From positions 54,377 to 97,153 of the forward strand of contig NW_025215369.1 in assembly GCF_004010195.1 (NCBI RefSeq): DNA of 42,777 bases, read 5' to 3'. Below the pieces are notes generated by a model, which worked only from the letters and a program-made list of their open reading frames with translations, had not been told where the DNA came from and made no database searches. Shown here one piece after another: positions 22,888 through 35,781 of this stretch. Every line of letters begins with the position of its first letter. The stretch's first letter is position 1. Origin of the DNA: Chiloscyllium plagiosum. Lineage: Eukaryota. A program made the position numbers and the translations under genes.

Positions 22888-24257
22888 ATCGAGTCGTACA
22901 GATGTATAGCACGGAAACAGACCCTTCGTCCAACCCGTCCATGCTGACCAGATATCCCGACCCAATCTAGTCCTACCTGCCAGTACCCGGCCCATATCCT
23001 TCCAAACCCTTCCTATTCATATACCCATCCAAATGCATTTTTAATGTCGTAATTATACCAGCCTCCACCACTTCCTCTGGAAGCACATTCCATACACGTA
23101 CCTCCCTCTGAGTGAAAATGTTGCCCCTTAGGTCTCTTTTATATCTTTCCCCTCTCACCCTAAACCTATGCCCTCTAGTTCTGGACTCCCCTACCTCAGG
23201 GAAAAGACTTTGTCTATTTACTCTATCCATTCCTCTCATAATTTAGTAAACATCCATAAGGTTACCCCTCATCCTCCGACGCTGCAGGGAAAACAGCCCC
23301 AGCCTGTTCAGCCTCTTCCTACAGCTCAAATTCTTCTAACCTTGGCAACTTCCTTGTAAATGTTTTCTGAATCTTCGCAATTTTATCAACATCTTTCCGA
23401 TAGGAAGGAGACCAGAGTTGCAAGCAATATTCCAACTGTGGCCTAACCAATGTCCTGTACAGTCGCAACATGACCTCCCAACACCTATACTCAATACTCT
23501 GACCGATAAACGAAAGCATACCAAATGTCCTCTTCGCTATCCTATCTACCTGCAACTCCACTTTCAAGAAGCTATGAACCTGCACTCCAAGGTCTATTAG
23601 TTGAGCAACACTCCTAGGACCTTACCATTAAGTGCATATTCCTGCAAAGATTTGCTTGCCCAAAATGTAGCTCATCACATTTATCTGAATTAAACTCCAT
23701 CTGCCACTTCTCAGCCCATTGGTCCATCTGATCAAGATCATGTTGTAATCTGAGGTAATCTTCTTCACTGTCCACTACACCTCCAATTTTGGTGTCATCT
23801 GCAAACTTACTAACCATATCTCTTATGCTCACGTCCAATTCATTTATATAAATGATGACAAGCAGTGGTCCCAGCACCAATCCTTGTGGCACTCCACTGG
23901 TCACAGGCCTCCAGTCTGAAAAACAACCCTCCACCATCACCCTCTGTCTTCTACCTTTGAGCCAGTTCTATATCAAATGTCTAGTTCCACGTGCATTCCG
24001 TGAGGTCTAACCTTGCCAACCAGTCTCCCATGGGGACCCCTGTCAGATGCCTTACTGAAGTCCATATAGATCACGTCTACCGCTCTGCCCTCATCAATTC
24101 TCTTTGTTAACTCTTCCAAAAACTCAATCAAGTTTGTGAAACATGATTTCCCATGCACACAGCCACGTTGACTATCTCTAATCAGTCCTTGCTTTTCCAA
24201 ATACATGTACATCCTGTCCATCAGGATTCCCTCCAACAACTTGCCCACCACCGACGT
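22888..24257 (-). mobile_element. 5'-truncated HER1 LINE nested in PLE RT
   Basis: SGVPQGLVLGPLL..SKFADDTKIGG..KWQMEFN. Possible TSD ctctc at 22883-22887 and 24258-24262. Confidence 0.92.
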
Positions 24258-25428
24258 CTCTCGAACAGATCCATTCAGTCTTCCTTCATCAATACCCTCC
24301 TCCACTCGTCCTCACCCTAATAGCATTTCCTTTAACTCCTCCCCTTCCCTACAAATCCAGGGGGTGGCCAAGGCTACCCGGATAGGCCCGAGCTACGCCT
24401 GTCTCTTTGTCAGCTATATCGAACAGTCCCTCCTCAGTATCTGTACGGGCACTGTGCCCCAACTCTTCCACCATTCCATCGATGATTGCATCGGTGCAGC
24501 ATCCTGCACCCAGGCTGAACTGGAGTAGTTTGTCAACTTTACCCACAACTTCCACCCCACCCTCAAATTCACTTGGTCCATCTGGAACACCTCCCGCCCC
24601 TTTCTTGATCTCACTATTCCCATCTGCGGGGACAGACGTTTACGACCATCCCACAGTCTCCCATAACTGCCTGGACTACCCCTCCTCCCGCCCAGTATCC
24701 TATAAGAACTCCATCCCATTCTCCGGGTTCCTCTGCCTCCGCCGTAACTGCTCAGATGTGGAGAAATTCCAATCGTGAGCATCCCAGATGTCCACCTATT
24801 ACGCACAACATGCTTTTTCACTCTCCGTCATCCAGGTAGCCGTCTGACACACCACCTCCATTACCTGTTCTAATGCTCTAACCCCACCCCACGCAAAGAC
24901 AGAGTTCTCCCTTATCCTCAGCTACCAATCCACCAGCCTCCACATCCAACACATCTTTCTCAAACACTTCCACCAACTCCACCAAGATCCGACCATCAAG
25001 AACATCTTCCCCTCCCCATGCCTCTCGGTCTTCCGCAAGGTCAATTCCCTTTGACAATCCTTGGTTTGTGCCACTCTTCCCAATAAGCCCCCGAAACCCT
25101 GGTACCTTCCCCTGCAACCGGAAAAAGATACAAAACCTGCTGATACACACCCCCCTCACCTCTGTCCAAGTGAAACAGAGGTTCACCTGCTTCTCTTCCA
25201 AAATAGTTTACTGCATCAGATGCTCCCAAAGTGGTCTTCTCTACATCACGGAGACCCAACATAAACTTAGGAAACGGCTCACCGAGCATCAGAGCTGGGT
25301 CTGCAGGCTGACCGGAACTCTCAGTTGTTGCCCATTTCAATTCCCCTTCCCACTCCCTTCCCAACATGACCATCCTTGGCCTTCTCCATTGCCACAATGA
25401 ACAACAGCACAAATTGGAGGAACAACAC

Positions 25429-25743
25429 GGTGGGCGGCACGGTGGGACAGTGGTTAGCACCGCTGCCTCACAGCGTCAGAGACCCTGGTTCAATTCCCGC
25501 CTCAGGCGAATGACTGTGTGGAGGTTGCACGTTCTCCCTGTGTCTGCGTGGGTTTCCTCCGGTTGCTCCGGTTTCCTCCCACAGTCCAAGGATGTGCAGG
25601 TCAGGTGAATTGGCTATGCTAAATTGCCCGTAGTGTTAGGTAAGGGGTACACGTAGGGGTATTGGTGGGTTGCGCTTCGGCAGGGCGGTGTGGACTTGTT
25701 GGGCCGAAGGGCCTGTTTCCACACTGTATGCAATCTAATCTAA
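25429..25743 (+). mobile_element. HE1 SINE nested in PLE endonuclease
   Basis: Well-preserved A/B boxes and V-domain. aacac is duplicated at 25424-25428 and 25744-25748; the host reads EEQH|L. Confidence 0.92.
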
Positions 25744-25751
25744 AACACCTC

Positions 25752-26660
25752 AACTAGTGATCTACGTGTCTTCGGTTCTTCTAATAGTGTAGTCAGTGTT
25801 TCCTTGGCCAGGGTGATGTCGATGGATGTGAACAGGGCTGTTTGTGAGAGACCATAATTTCATCCCCTTCTATCTTGGTGTCTTTGATGGTGTTCAGGAA
25901 TTGTTGGGTAGAGTGAATGGAGGTGCATGATTCTTCTTTTTTTTAGTCTTTGGTATAGTTCCTTGGCCAGTCTGTACGTTGGTGTTCCAGGTAACAAGAC
26001 TACGGGTCTGAGAAATGCTCCTGGTTTGTGAATTTTGGATAATCATTAGAAGCGTGGTGTTTTGGATCCATTTCTGTCAATGTTTGGAAGTCAGTCTTGT
26101 TTAATTCTCCAGATTTCTGGAGTTTTTTGAGAAAGGCTGTGATTCGTTTTTTTTGTTGTTGCTTTGAGCCAATCGCCACCTATTGATAAATGTCGGTATC
26201 TGCAAGCAGTGTGTTTGATTTCTCAATGTAGTCTGTCCATTTATAATGGCTGTAAAGTGTCCTTTGTCTGCAAATAGGTAACGATGTTTTTGTCTTTCTT
26301 GAGTCCTTCTAGTGCTTTCCTTTCTTGTGTTTTGAGTGTGTTTCTTTCCTTTCTCCTGCTTAATGTTGGTGCGACTATCTGCCTCTTACTAAGACGGCTT
26401 TTTCAGTGTCTGTTGTGTTGTCTGTGTTGTTATTTTGTGTGAGTTTGTCTTGTTCTTTTCTGCAGGTCTCGTTTTTTTTTTTCGTTTTCTGTGTTGGCTG
26501 CTGTCTAATGTCTATGGCTTGTTGTACTATGACTGTCTATTCATGCTCTGTCGTGTTAGGGAGTAGAGATTTTTGTTGCATTATTTCCCAGTTGTATTTA
26601 TTGATTCTGTTGTGGCATTCATTAATCATTTCTCTAAGCTGCACTCTTTGTTGGCCAGTC
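25752..26660 (-). mobile_element. Poseidon-like PLE reverse transcriptase fragment
   Basis: Minus strand ADKGH, PRF..KIHKPGAFLRPVV..GTPTYRLAKEL, TALFTSIDITLAKE. Confidence 0.8.
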
Positions 26661-28620
26661 TATTCAGAAACCATTCTGCACACACTGAACAAAACCTGAC
26701 TCATTTAAAATCCTCAAACTATAGAATTTCCAGTCAATATTTGGAAAGTTAAAGTCCCCCATAACAGCTACACTGTTACTCTCACTCCTATCCAGAATCA
26801 TCTTTGCTATCCTTTCCTCTACATCTCTCCAACCATTCGGAGGCCTACAGAAAGCTGCCAACATGGTGACCTCTCTTTTCCTGTTTCTAAACTCAGCCCA
26901 TAGTACCTCAGTGGACGAGTCCTCAAACGTCCGTTCTGCCACAGTAATACTGCCCTTGACCAATAATGTTACACCTCCACCTCTTTCACCATCTTCTCTG
27001 TTCTTACTGAAACATCCAAATCCTGGAACCCGCAACAACTTTTCATGTCCCTGCTCTGCCCATGTTTCTGAAATGGCCACAACATCGAAGGCCGAGGTAC
27101 CAACCCATGCTGCAAGTCAACCCACCTTATTCCGGGAGCTCCTGGCATTGAAGTAGACACACTTCAAATCACCTTCCTGCTTGTCGGTGCACTCTTGCGA
27201 CCTTGAAATCATGTTTGTGACCTCACTACTCTCAATCTCCTGGACACTGGAACTACAGTTCAGGTTACCATCCCCTGTTGAATTAATTTCCGTCGAGCAA
27301 ATATCCCCGCCTCCCCCCAGATGTTGGTGTCCCTCTGATTCAGGTGTAGACCATCCTGTTTGTAGATCTCCCACTACCCCCACAATGAGACTCAATTACC
27401 CAGATATCTGAAACTCTCCCTCCTGCACCATCCTTGCAGCCACGTGTTCAACTCCTCTCTCTCCCTGTTCCTCGCTTCACTAGCACATGACACAGGCATT
27501 AAACCAGAGATAACATCTGTTTGTTCTAACTCTAAGTTTCCACCCCAACTCGCTGAATTTCTGCCTTACATTCCGATCTTTCTTCTTAACTATGGCGTTG
27601 GTGACTATGTGGACCACAACTTGGGGCTGCTACCCCTCCCCTGCAAGGATCCTGAAAACACGATGCGAGACATCACAAACCCTGGTTCCTAGGAGGCAAC
27701 ACACCAACCGTGGGTCTCTCTCATTCCCATAGAACGTCCTATCTTTCCCCCTAACTGTGGAGACCCCAATGACTAATGCTCTGCTCATCTCCCTTCTTCC
27801 TTTCTGAGCAACAGGGACAGACTCTGTGCCAGAGACCTGTACGACATGGCTTCCCCCTGGAAAGTCGCACCCTCCTCCACAGTATCCAAAATGGTCTACT
27901 TTTAATGAGGGGAACGGCCACAGAGGATCCCTGCACTGCCTGCCAGTTCTCTATCGGTCCCCTGACTGGAACACATCTGCCTTTGTCTTGTACCTGAGTT
28001 GTGACTACCTCCCTGTAACTCCTCTCAATAAACGCCGCCCCCGCCCCCACCCCCACCGCACCCACCACCTCCGAAGTTCATCTCGCTCCAACTCTAATTC
28101 CCTAACACGGTTTCTGAGGAGCTGTAGTTGGGTGCACTTCCCACAGATGAAGTCCGCAGGGACAATAGTGGTGACCCTTACTTCCCACATACTGCAGAAG
28201 GAGCATTCAACTGCCCTATCCACCATTCCCACGCTTCTAAATTCCCAAAGAAACTATTGAAAAATACAGATTTAAAAAAATAGGTACCTTACCAATCCAG
28301 CGCACAGAACCTTTTTTTTTGGTTAAGGAGGAGGATGGGTGGGAGATACTACCGAAGTAGTGTTTCAGGAAACACACCACCCAAATATATTACTTCACTT
28401 ACCCAGCAATCCCGTGTCCACTCCGACTGAGCGTGCACTCTGCCTACTCACGAGGGAATTATTTAAATCAGTGACTCACCTTCTTGTCAGCCCCGGGTTT
28501 ACGCTCCCGCTCTTTCTGCTGCTGAAACAAAAGTGGAGGGCTCCAAAGCTCTCGGTAAGTTTTAAAATCTGTGATTCTCTGGTCGACGCTCCCGTGCTTC
28601 CTGCTGTTGAAACAAACATT
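26661..28620 (-). mobile_element. 5' half of a CR1/HER1 LINE: 5' UTR, ORF1 (Cys finger, coiled coil, esterase) and APE endonuclease
   Basis: VECSFCSMWEV..FICGKCTQLQLLRNRVRELELE, LKCVYFNARS, AISETW, MGDFNFPNIDW. Confidence 0.88.
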
Positions 28621-28629
28621 TCCTGGCTC

Positions 28630-29205
28630 GAATCATTACTGAATTATATGATTCACTCTCAATTAAACAGCAACTGCCTGGTGCATATCACCCGCACGCA
28701 GCAGGGATTGTGGAACGGGCCAATCATACTCTAAAAGAGACATGTCTAAATTGGTCCAAGAAACGGAGTTAAACTCTCTCCGAGTATTGCCCTTGGCAGT
28801 ATTGCATATGTGAGTGTCTCCACATTTGCAGACTGGACTGTCCGCTGCAGAGATAGCTTACAGGCGGCCAATATGAACTCTGTGGGACGCTCATGATCAG
28901 CCCCTTGAGGGTGTGGATCTCCATGTTATGGGTGAGCAAATACAGAACTACTTGGAAAAGCTGACTCTTTCTCTGACGTTTCTTCTCTCACAGATCAAAA
29001 GTCGCATTGCCCAGGTGAGGAAGAGACAATCGCCTCCCAATATCCAAGAGTAAACCCAGGGGATTGTGTATTGGTTAATAACTGGGAAAGGAACAAATTG
29101 GGACAATGCTGAAGCGGCCCTTTCAAGTCTGACTAACAACACCAATCTTTGTCAAGATTGAAGGACGCTGCAACTGGGTCCACGGATCTGATTGTAAGAT
29201 TACTA
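28630..29205 (+). mobile_element. pol: Endogenous retrovirus pol 3' end (integrase core end and GPY/F module), decayed
   Basis: AYHPHAAGIVERANHTLK..LPLAVLHM*VSPH..TGLSAAEIAYRRP, then PGDCVLV..PFQV*LTTP..VKIEGRCNWVHGSDCK. Confidence 0.85.
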
Positions 29206-29227
29206 GTCAATCAGGACTGGACACAGC

Positions 29228-30376
29228 ATTAAGTTCTTTTTGGTCCTCTTTGGACTTGCTGAATTCTTTAATGTAGGTGGACGTTTGATATTGAAAAACA
29301 GGCCTACTCGGGAACTGCATGCAAACACTTATTTACATATGTCATATATATATGCTGAAAATTTTAATATAAGTAATTATTGGTTTTGTATCCATGTCCC
29401 CATCCATTCAATGGAAAGGAATATTTTTCAACACCTCCCTTTCTATATACGAGAAACAGTTGAGTGGATGTTATGTCGGAATCTCACAGGAACTAATGGG
29501 GACATGAGAATTTGGGAATCCGCAGGTTATGAAATTACTAAATTTTCGACATGGTATCAGCCTGCATATAATCATGACTCAGTTCCTCCTTCCCTTACAG
29601 TCCATTCAAATAATACTACAGATACCCTCTGCGTTAGAAATCAGGAAAGGGAAAGTTAATGGGACAAAGCAGGTTTAACCTCACATTTGACTGGCAAGGC
29701 CCAGTAGTGAGCATTTCTGACAGTACAATGTTTTACTGTAATTGGTCTATAATATGGAATATACCTTTGAATAGTCCATTGGCCTATACTACCCTCCAAC
29801 CTCGGATGACATTGGCTAATGATTTTACAGCTTATAATGACATATACTTACACATGGCACCAGAGCTTACCCATGGCTCCCAGCCTGTTGGATAGGATTC
29901 TGCTATCTGGGTCATGTGGTACCCTATGTGCACCATATGACCTCCCTTAAGCACTACCCTCTACAAACCAAAAGAGTCATTTCCAAAACAGACCATTTCC
30001 TCACGATATCCTTTCCACTGGATGGAATGCCCTGGGCATCCAGTGAATTGATTCACATGGCCTCAGCCTTGGAACATGTGGCCAATGACATAGCTTTAGA
30101 AGCAAGGGCAACTGGACAAGTACTGACTGAGGTCTCAGCTGAGCTTGTGGCTGTCCGGACTGTGGCATTGCAGAATCGACTGGCTTTGGATTATCTGCTA
30201 ACCTCATCAGGAGGAACATGTGCTGTTGTCAGTCGGGGTGCTGTACTTACTTTCCAGATGCCTCTGAGAATATCAACCTGGCTGACCATATTAAACAACA
30301 TGCTGATCAAACACAAAAGGGCGGCAGGAATTCCATAATTATCAAGGTACCTGTGTAACTGATTATCATGATGTGA
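29228..30376 (+). pseudogene. env: Gamma-type retroviral env remnant lacking the membrane anchor
   Basis: Signal-like KFFLVLFGL, SNYWFC (CWxC remnant), AYPWLPACWIGFCYLG, QTKR cleavage-site remnant (29964-29975), ISD LQNRLALDYLL (30168-30200) and CX6CC broken by a 1-nt deletion (30219-30244). Confidence 0.9.
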
Positions 30377-30377
30377 C

Positions 30378-30480
30378 AAAAGGAGGGAATGTGGAATTGT
30401 GGGAAACAGTTAAGATTGCCTGATGGGAAAATTGCCCAACTCCCGGGTTACAACACAATAAGTTAAAGAACTAGCCCCAC
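30378..30480 (+). mobile_element. Polypurine tract and start of ERV 3' LTR
   Basis: AAAAGGAGGGAA (30378-30389) is immediately followed by TG at 30390 and cut off by the L1 5' end at 30481. Confidence 0.7.
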
Positions 30481-30659
30481 GGGGGGGGGGGGGGGGGGGG
30501 GGATCAAAGATGGTGGAAATCTAAGAGGTCTGCTTTGCTGAGATCCGCATCTCTGTTCAGGCAAATTAGCATTCTCACCTCCCCGCTTAAATCATTTCTA
30601 CGATAATTTGATATTTAAAGAGTTTTTGAACCTAGATTTCTTACATCATTTATAAGTTT

Positions 30660-31555
30660 GTTTTATCAAAGAAACTAAAAGTAAAGGTTCCAACAAGTCC
30701 CACGATACAGGACACTCACCTTGAGAAGCCAGACATTTGCAGCTCCCTCCAGTAGTCCCTTGGAGTCATTCCCTTACCAGGCCCTGTCGATGGAGTTTGC
30801 AAAGCAGCGAGAGATGATCGAAATGTCGATCAAAGAGAAGTTCCACAACAGACTGGACCAATCTTGGCCAAGCTCCAAAAACACAAGGAGGAGCAGCTGG
30901 GAGGCCGAGTATGAAGAACAGAAGAAGTTGAAAGGAGGACCACAGTTTTGGAAACCGTGATTGATTCCGCAAAGGGAAGAATTTGAATGCTGGAGGAACA
31001 GGTACTTACCTTGCAGGAGCAGGTCGATGACGTCACCAACAAAAACAAGAGGAAGAAAATCCGCATTTACGAGGCTGCTAGAGGGGGAAGCAGGTGGCCA
31101 ACCAGAGAGCTTCTCTGAAAGCTGGCTGCCTCGATTCCTGGGCCTGGAAGCTTTGTCTGACTGGATAAAAGGTGAAAGGTGAAATCGCTCTGTGCAGGCC
31201 CGTCTTGGAACAGCGTCTTCATTTGGCCCTCGTGCGACTCCGCAGCAAAAGAGATAAACTTAAAGTTATTGAAGCCTCCAGAATGAAGGGAGAAGATCCA
31301 CAGACCTTAATCAATAAAGGTTCGAAGATTATGTTCTTCCAGGACTTCTCTGCAGCTGTCATTCGGAGTAGGAAGATCGCTAATGAAGCCAAGAGGAAGG
31401 CCAAGACAGACCTTGGCATCCAGTTTTCCCCAAGGTGCCCAGCAATGCTTCGCTTTATGTGTGATGGGTCGACGCATTCTTTTAACTCCCCAGAAAAAGT
31501 GAAAAACTTTTCACTCTCCAGCAATAGTGATAAACTTTTGGAGACGACAAAATAG
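30660..31555 (+). pseudogene. L1 ORF1p remnant
   Basis: KRKKIRI..LLEGEAGGQPESFSESWLPRFL..RPVL..KGSKIMFFQDFSAAV..PAMLRF..FNSPEKV; frameshifted. Confidence 0.8.
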
Positions 31556-32029
31556 ATCGGATAACTGAAAGTATGTGGACTATAGTGTTTCACTTTCCCT
31601 TTTCCTCTCTTCTTTGTTTATTTGCCAAGGGCTGTTGAATCCCTCTTTTGAAATTATTGAGTGATAATGGACATATGGGAATGGGTCAAGGGTTTACTTT
31701 TAATTTCCTTTGTATGATAGTTTACTTTCTCTCATCTTTCTTGGCCTGAGTCTGGGATGGGGCTCAAGCTGGAAGGAGGTATGAAGGTGCTTTTGAGATA
31801 TGTAAGTGCCTCCTGTGGGCAGGGGATGGAGCCCATTGTTAAGTGTTTTGTACTTGGTTTAAATTTGGTGGAGTTTTTTTGTAGATGTAGTTATTAGGAT
31901 GTTAGATGTAGTAGTTTTAGTTTAGATTTTTAGTTATTTTTTAGATTTTGTGAATTTTCTTTCGTCTATGCTCTGCAGCTGATAAGTTGAATTCTTCCTT
32001 TTAGGATATTGAATGATGTTTTCGAGGGT

Positions 32030-35000
32030 CATTGCCAATTGTGTCCTCAAATGGTGTACCTGGAATGTTAGAGGGATCTATTCACCAATTAAAAAGAAAA
32101 TGGTACTTTCCAGTCTTCGAAAGGAGAGGGTGGATATTGCCCTTTTGTAGTCGACTCATCTCAGTGATAAAGAACATTTGATATTGCAGCAGGGTGGGTT
32201 GGATCGGGGATATTTCTCTTCCTTTAATACTAGGAGCAGGAGGAAGAATCAGGAAGAATCTTCCACTTCAGTTGCTAGACAATTAAAGGTGAGCATGGAT
32301 GGTTTGTCATTCTTAAGGTATTAATGCATGGAGAAGCGTATGGTATCCTGAATGTGTACTGTCCCCCAGTGCACCATCTTAGATTTCTGATAGATGCGTT
32401 CACAAAACTGATGGCTCTTACACCGCAGCAGCTGATTTGAGGAGGAGTCTTTAATTGCCTTATGGACCTCGCGGTGGATAGAATACCTAGAGCCCCATCA
32501 ACACGTTCTCCTAAACAGCTGATGGACTTATGTGTGGAATTGTGATTGGTGAATGTTTGGAGGTGTCTCGACACCACGGAGAGGGTCTTTACATTCTTTT
32601 CTAATCCACACAAATGTCACACCAGGATTGATCTATTCCTAGCCCCTGCATTATCCTTGGATTTGGTAACATCCTGTACATTTGGAAATATCACTGTTTT
32701 GGGTCATGCTGCAATCTACTTGGGGTCTGAGCTTAAGAGTATTGTGGTAGGCTTTCGACATTGGCGAATGGATCCCTTTATTCTTAGGAATAGTAAGTTT
32801 ATTGAATATTTCCTTTACAAATTTAAGATATTTTTATCTATCAATTCAGACACGGCCAGTAACCCGCCCATTCTTTGGGAGACAGCTAAGGCTTATATCA
32901 GGCTCATTTCTTACTCCGCTAGTCAGAAACAACAGAAGGGGGAGCAAAAATGCTTGCTTGAGGGATGGTTAAAGACCACTGAAAAGGTGTATTTTGATGA
33001 GCCATCATAGGTTAAGTTGCAGTGGGTTACGGCTCTTTCTTGAACTCATGCTTACACAGATGGCAACGAAGGAGCTCTCCTTTGTGAAACTAGTTGAATA
33101 TGGTGACAAGCGGGCAGGTACCTACTGTATTTTTCCAGGAGAAAGAATGCCCCCCAGGCAATTACTTCGATCAGAGATGGGAATGGGATGGTCACTTGTG
33201 ACTCTAAAAAGATCAATGCAGCATTCCAGAAATTCTATATTGAGCTATAGCAGTCTGAACGTTGTGAAAATGTATGGGCTAAGATGGAGTCTTTCTTTAA
33301 GAACTTGGATCTTTCAAGTGTCACTCCTGAACAAGCATCTTTTCTTAGCGCACATTTAATAGTACAGGAGTTGAGGAGACTGTGAGACGATGCAGAGTGG
33401 GGAGGTGCCTGGATTTGATGGTCTCTCCAAGTGAGTTTTGTAAAGAATTTATCAGCATATTGTCGGGACCAATACTGGACATGTATAATGACTTATTCGG
33501 TCATTATCATCTCCCACTATCCCTGAGAAAGGCTAATATTTCTCTCATTCTTAAGAAGGGGAAGACTTCAGAGGAACGTGCTTGTTAAAGGCCCATCTCA
33601 CTTCTGAACTCTGATTTCAAAACTTTGTCCAAGGGTCTCACTTAAAGATTGGAAACTGTACTGCCTTCCATTGTTAGGAACGATCAGACTGGTTTGAGGA
33701 AGGCCGTAGATCCTCTAATAATGTCAGGAGGTTGCTGAATATGATAAATATGATTCAAGCTTGTCAGCAGCCTTCTGTTCAGGGATTAGTGTTCTCCTGA
33801 GATGCAGAAAAAGCATTTGATTGGATTGAGTGGTCATACCTTTTGTTTATGTCCTGGAGCGATTTGCATTGGGAGAGGTTTTTATTAAGTGGGTGAGGGT
33901 CTTTTATGCTGCTCCTGTGATGGCGGTTCTCACCAATGGTGTGAGGTCCAGTAACTTTGATATTTGTAGGGGCAGTCGGCAAGGCTGCCCCCTCTCACCA
34001 TTACTTTTCACGTTGGTGATTGAGCTGCTGGCAGAGGCGATCCATAGGGATTCTAAAATAGCCACCCCAAAGTAGGATCTAAGTCACATAAGATATCATT
34101 ATATGCAGATGATGGTTTGGTTTCTCTGTCGAATCCACAGGTTTCTGTATGCTATCTTATACAATGCATCAACTCATTTGGCTCCTTTTCAGGCTACAAG
34201 ATTAATTTCTTAAAATCAGAAGTTATGCCTATGGGGGGTCTTAGGAGAATATCTGAAGTGGAGGGGTGAACTACAATTCCCTTTCAAATGGTCACAGGAT
34301 TTTTTTTTCTTATTTAGACATCTTTATTACTCCTGTCTTTGACCAGTTGTTTCAGGCTAATTTTGATCACTTGCTTGACAGGATTAAGTATGATTTCCAG
34401 CAATGGGAAGTACTTCCAAAATCTTGGCTTGGACGGGTATTTCTTATCAAAATGAATGTTCTCTCCAAATGTTCTACCCTATACAAATGCTTCCGCTGAT
34501 TTTCACGCGTCTTAATGAAGGGTTTAGCTCTTTGATTTGGCGCCATTGGCGGCTTCTTATCAAGTTGTCTAAACGACAGTTGTCTCATGGGCTGGGGGGC
34601 GTGGATTTCCCAGATATTAGAAGATACCAATTAAATTCTCTTCTATCGCTTGTTCGGGATTGGGCCTGTAAAGACCCGACATCAATGTGGCTAGATATTG
34701 AGGCCTCCAAGTCAAAATGTCCCCTCATCAGCCTTTCATTGGATAAAATGAAGACGGTTATGGAATATCGCCATAATCTGATTTTAATTATTACAGTTAA
34801 GGCATGGAGAAGAATTGGGCAGAAGGAGAGTAATATGTCCAAAACGTCATTTCTTACTCTTATAGTGGATATGATGAGTTTTCAACCTAGGGCAATGGAC
34901 TCTGGATTTAGGCTCTGGGCAACTAGGGGAATCTCCTGTTTGGCTGATTTATTTGAAGGTGAAATAATGATGTCGTTTGACCAAATAATTTGTGAACAAG

Positions 35001-35781
35001 GTCAAGTTACCGCTTTTTTCAGGTCAGGGATTTCATTCAGAAAGGGACCACTCTCTTAACCAACCGCTGTGGATCTATGATGGAGAAGACGGAACTTTAT
35101 GCTGAAAGTACTCTCTCTATTAGTACGCTTTATCGTATACTGGAGGCGATCCTTCAGAAAACGATGAGCAGCTTTGCAAAATTTGGCAGAGGGAATTAGG
35201 GGTTGAGATTTCTATGGCAGCATGGGGACACATTTGCGAGAATGCAAGGAAGATCTCGACTTGTAATAGGACCCATGCCATTCAGCGAAAGGTTTTGCAT
35301 AGGGTCCATTTGGCCCAAGACCATCTCTCAAAGTTTAAGATGGGAGCATCCCCCTTTTGTCCTATTTGTAAGGTAAACATTGGTACTCTCACTCATTGTT
35401 TATGGTGTGCCACAGGCTCCGTGCATATTGGAGTTCTGTGGTAGGAATCATAGAGAGGGTCTTGAGGGCTGAGGTTAAGATGGACCCCTATCTCGCTTCT
35501 CATGAGCCTACCCAGTATACTCACTACGGATGCTCATGGGGGAAAAAAAACTTTCTAATATCCTCACTTTCTGCGATAGGAAAAAAAATCAAAGTGTTGG
35601 GTTTCTGAAAACCGACACCCCCCACCCCCAACCCCCATCCCCGGGTCTATTGGTTTGGCATAGGCTTATTATGAAACATATCCCTCTGGACTTTTTCACA
35701 AATACGATGCACTGGAAAACACAATTTTTTTATAGGATATGGCACCCCTTTCTGGATTGCTCGGATAAGGCTTTTGTGTAG
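32030..35781 (+). pseudogene. L1 ORF2p remnant (APE endonuclease, RT, CCHC)
   Basis: TWNVRG, HTRIDLFL, RPISLLNSDFK, DAEKAFD, RGSRQGCPLSPLLF, LYADD, CPICK..TLTHCLWC; many stops and frameshifts. Confidence 0.9.

Larger units (their letters stand above)
22125..25752 (+). mobile_element. Neptune-like PLE ORF (RT, Cys linker, GIY-YIG), decayed, split by HER1 and HE1
   Basis: IKPADKGGAV, FYLFPRIYKP..PGRTFVSACSCPTE, GVAKATRIGPSYACLF, SIDDC, PGTFPCNRKK, IVYCIRCSQSGLLYITET, LEEQH. Confidence 0.9.

Noticed and set aside
25429..25500. tRNA genes at the A/B-box heads (also 9371, 20531, 39883, 40688)
   Set aside because: Each continues into a SINE body and tail and does not form a full cloverleaf.
29228..30338. 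Domesticated syncytin-like gene
   Set aside because: In-frame stop, frameshifts, degenerate CWxC and furin motifs, and no ATG at the signal-like segment.
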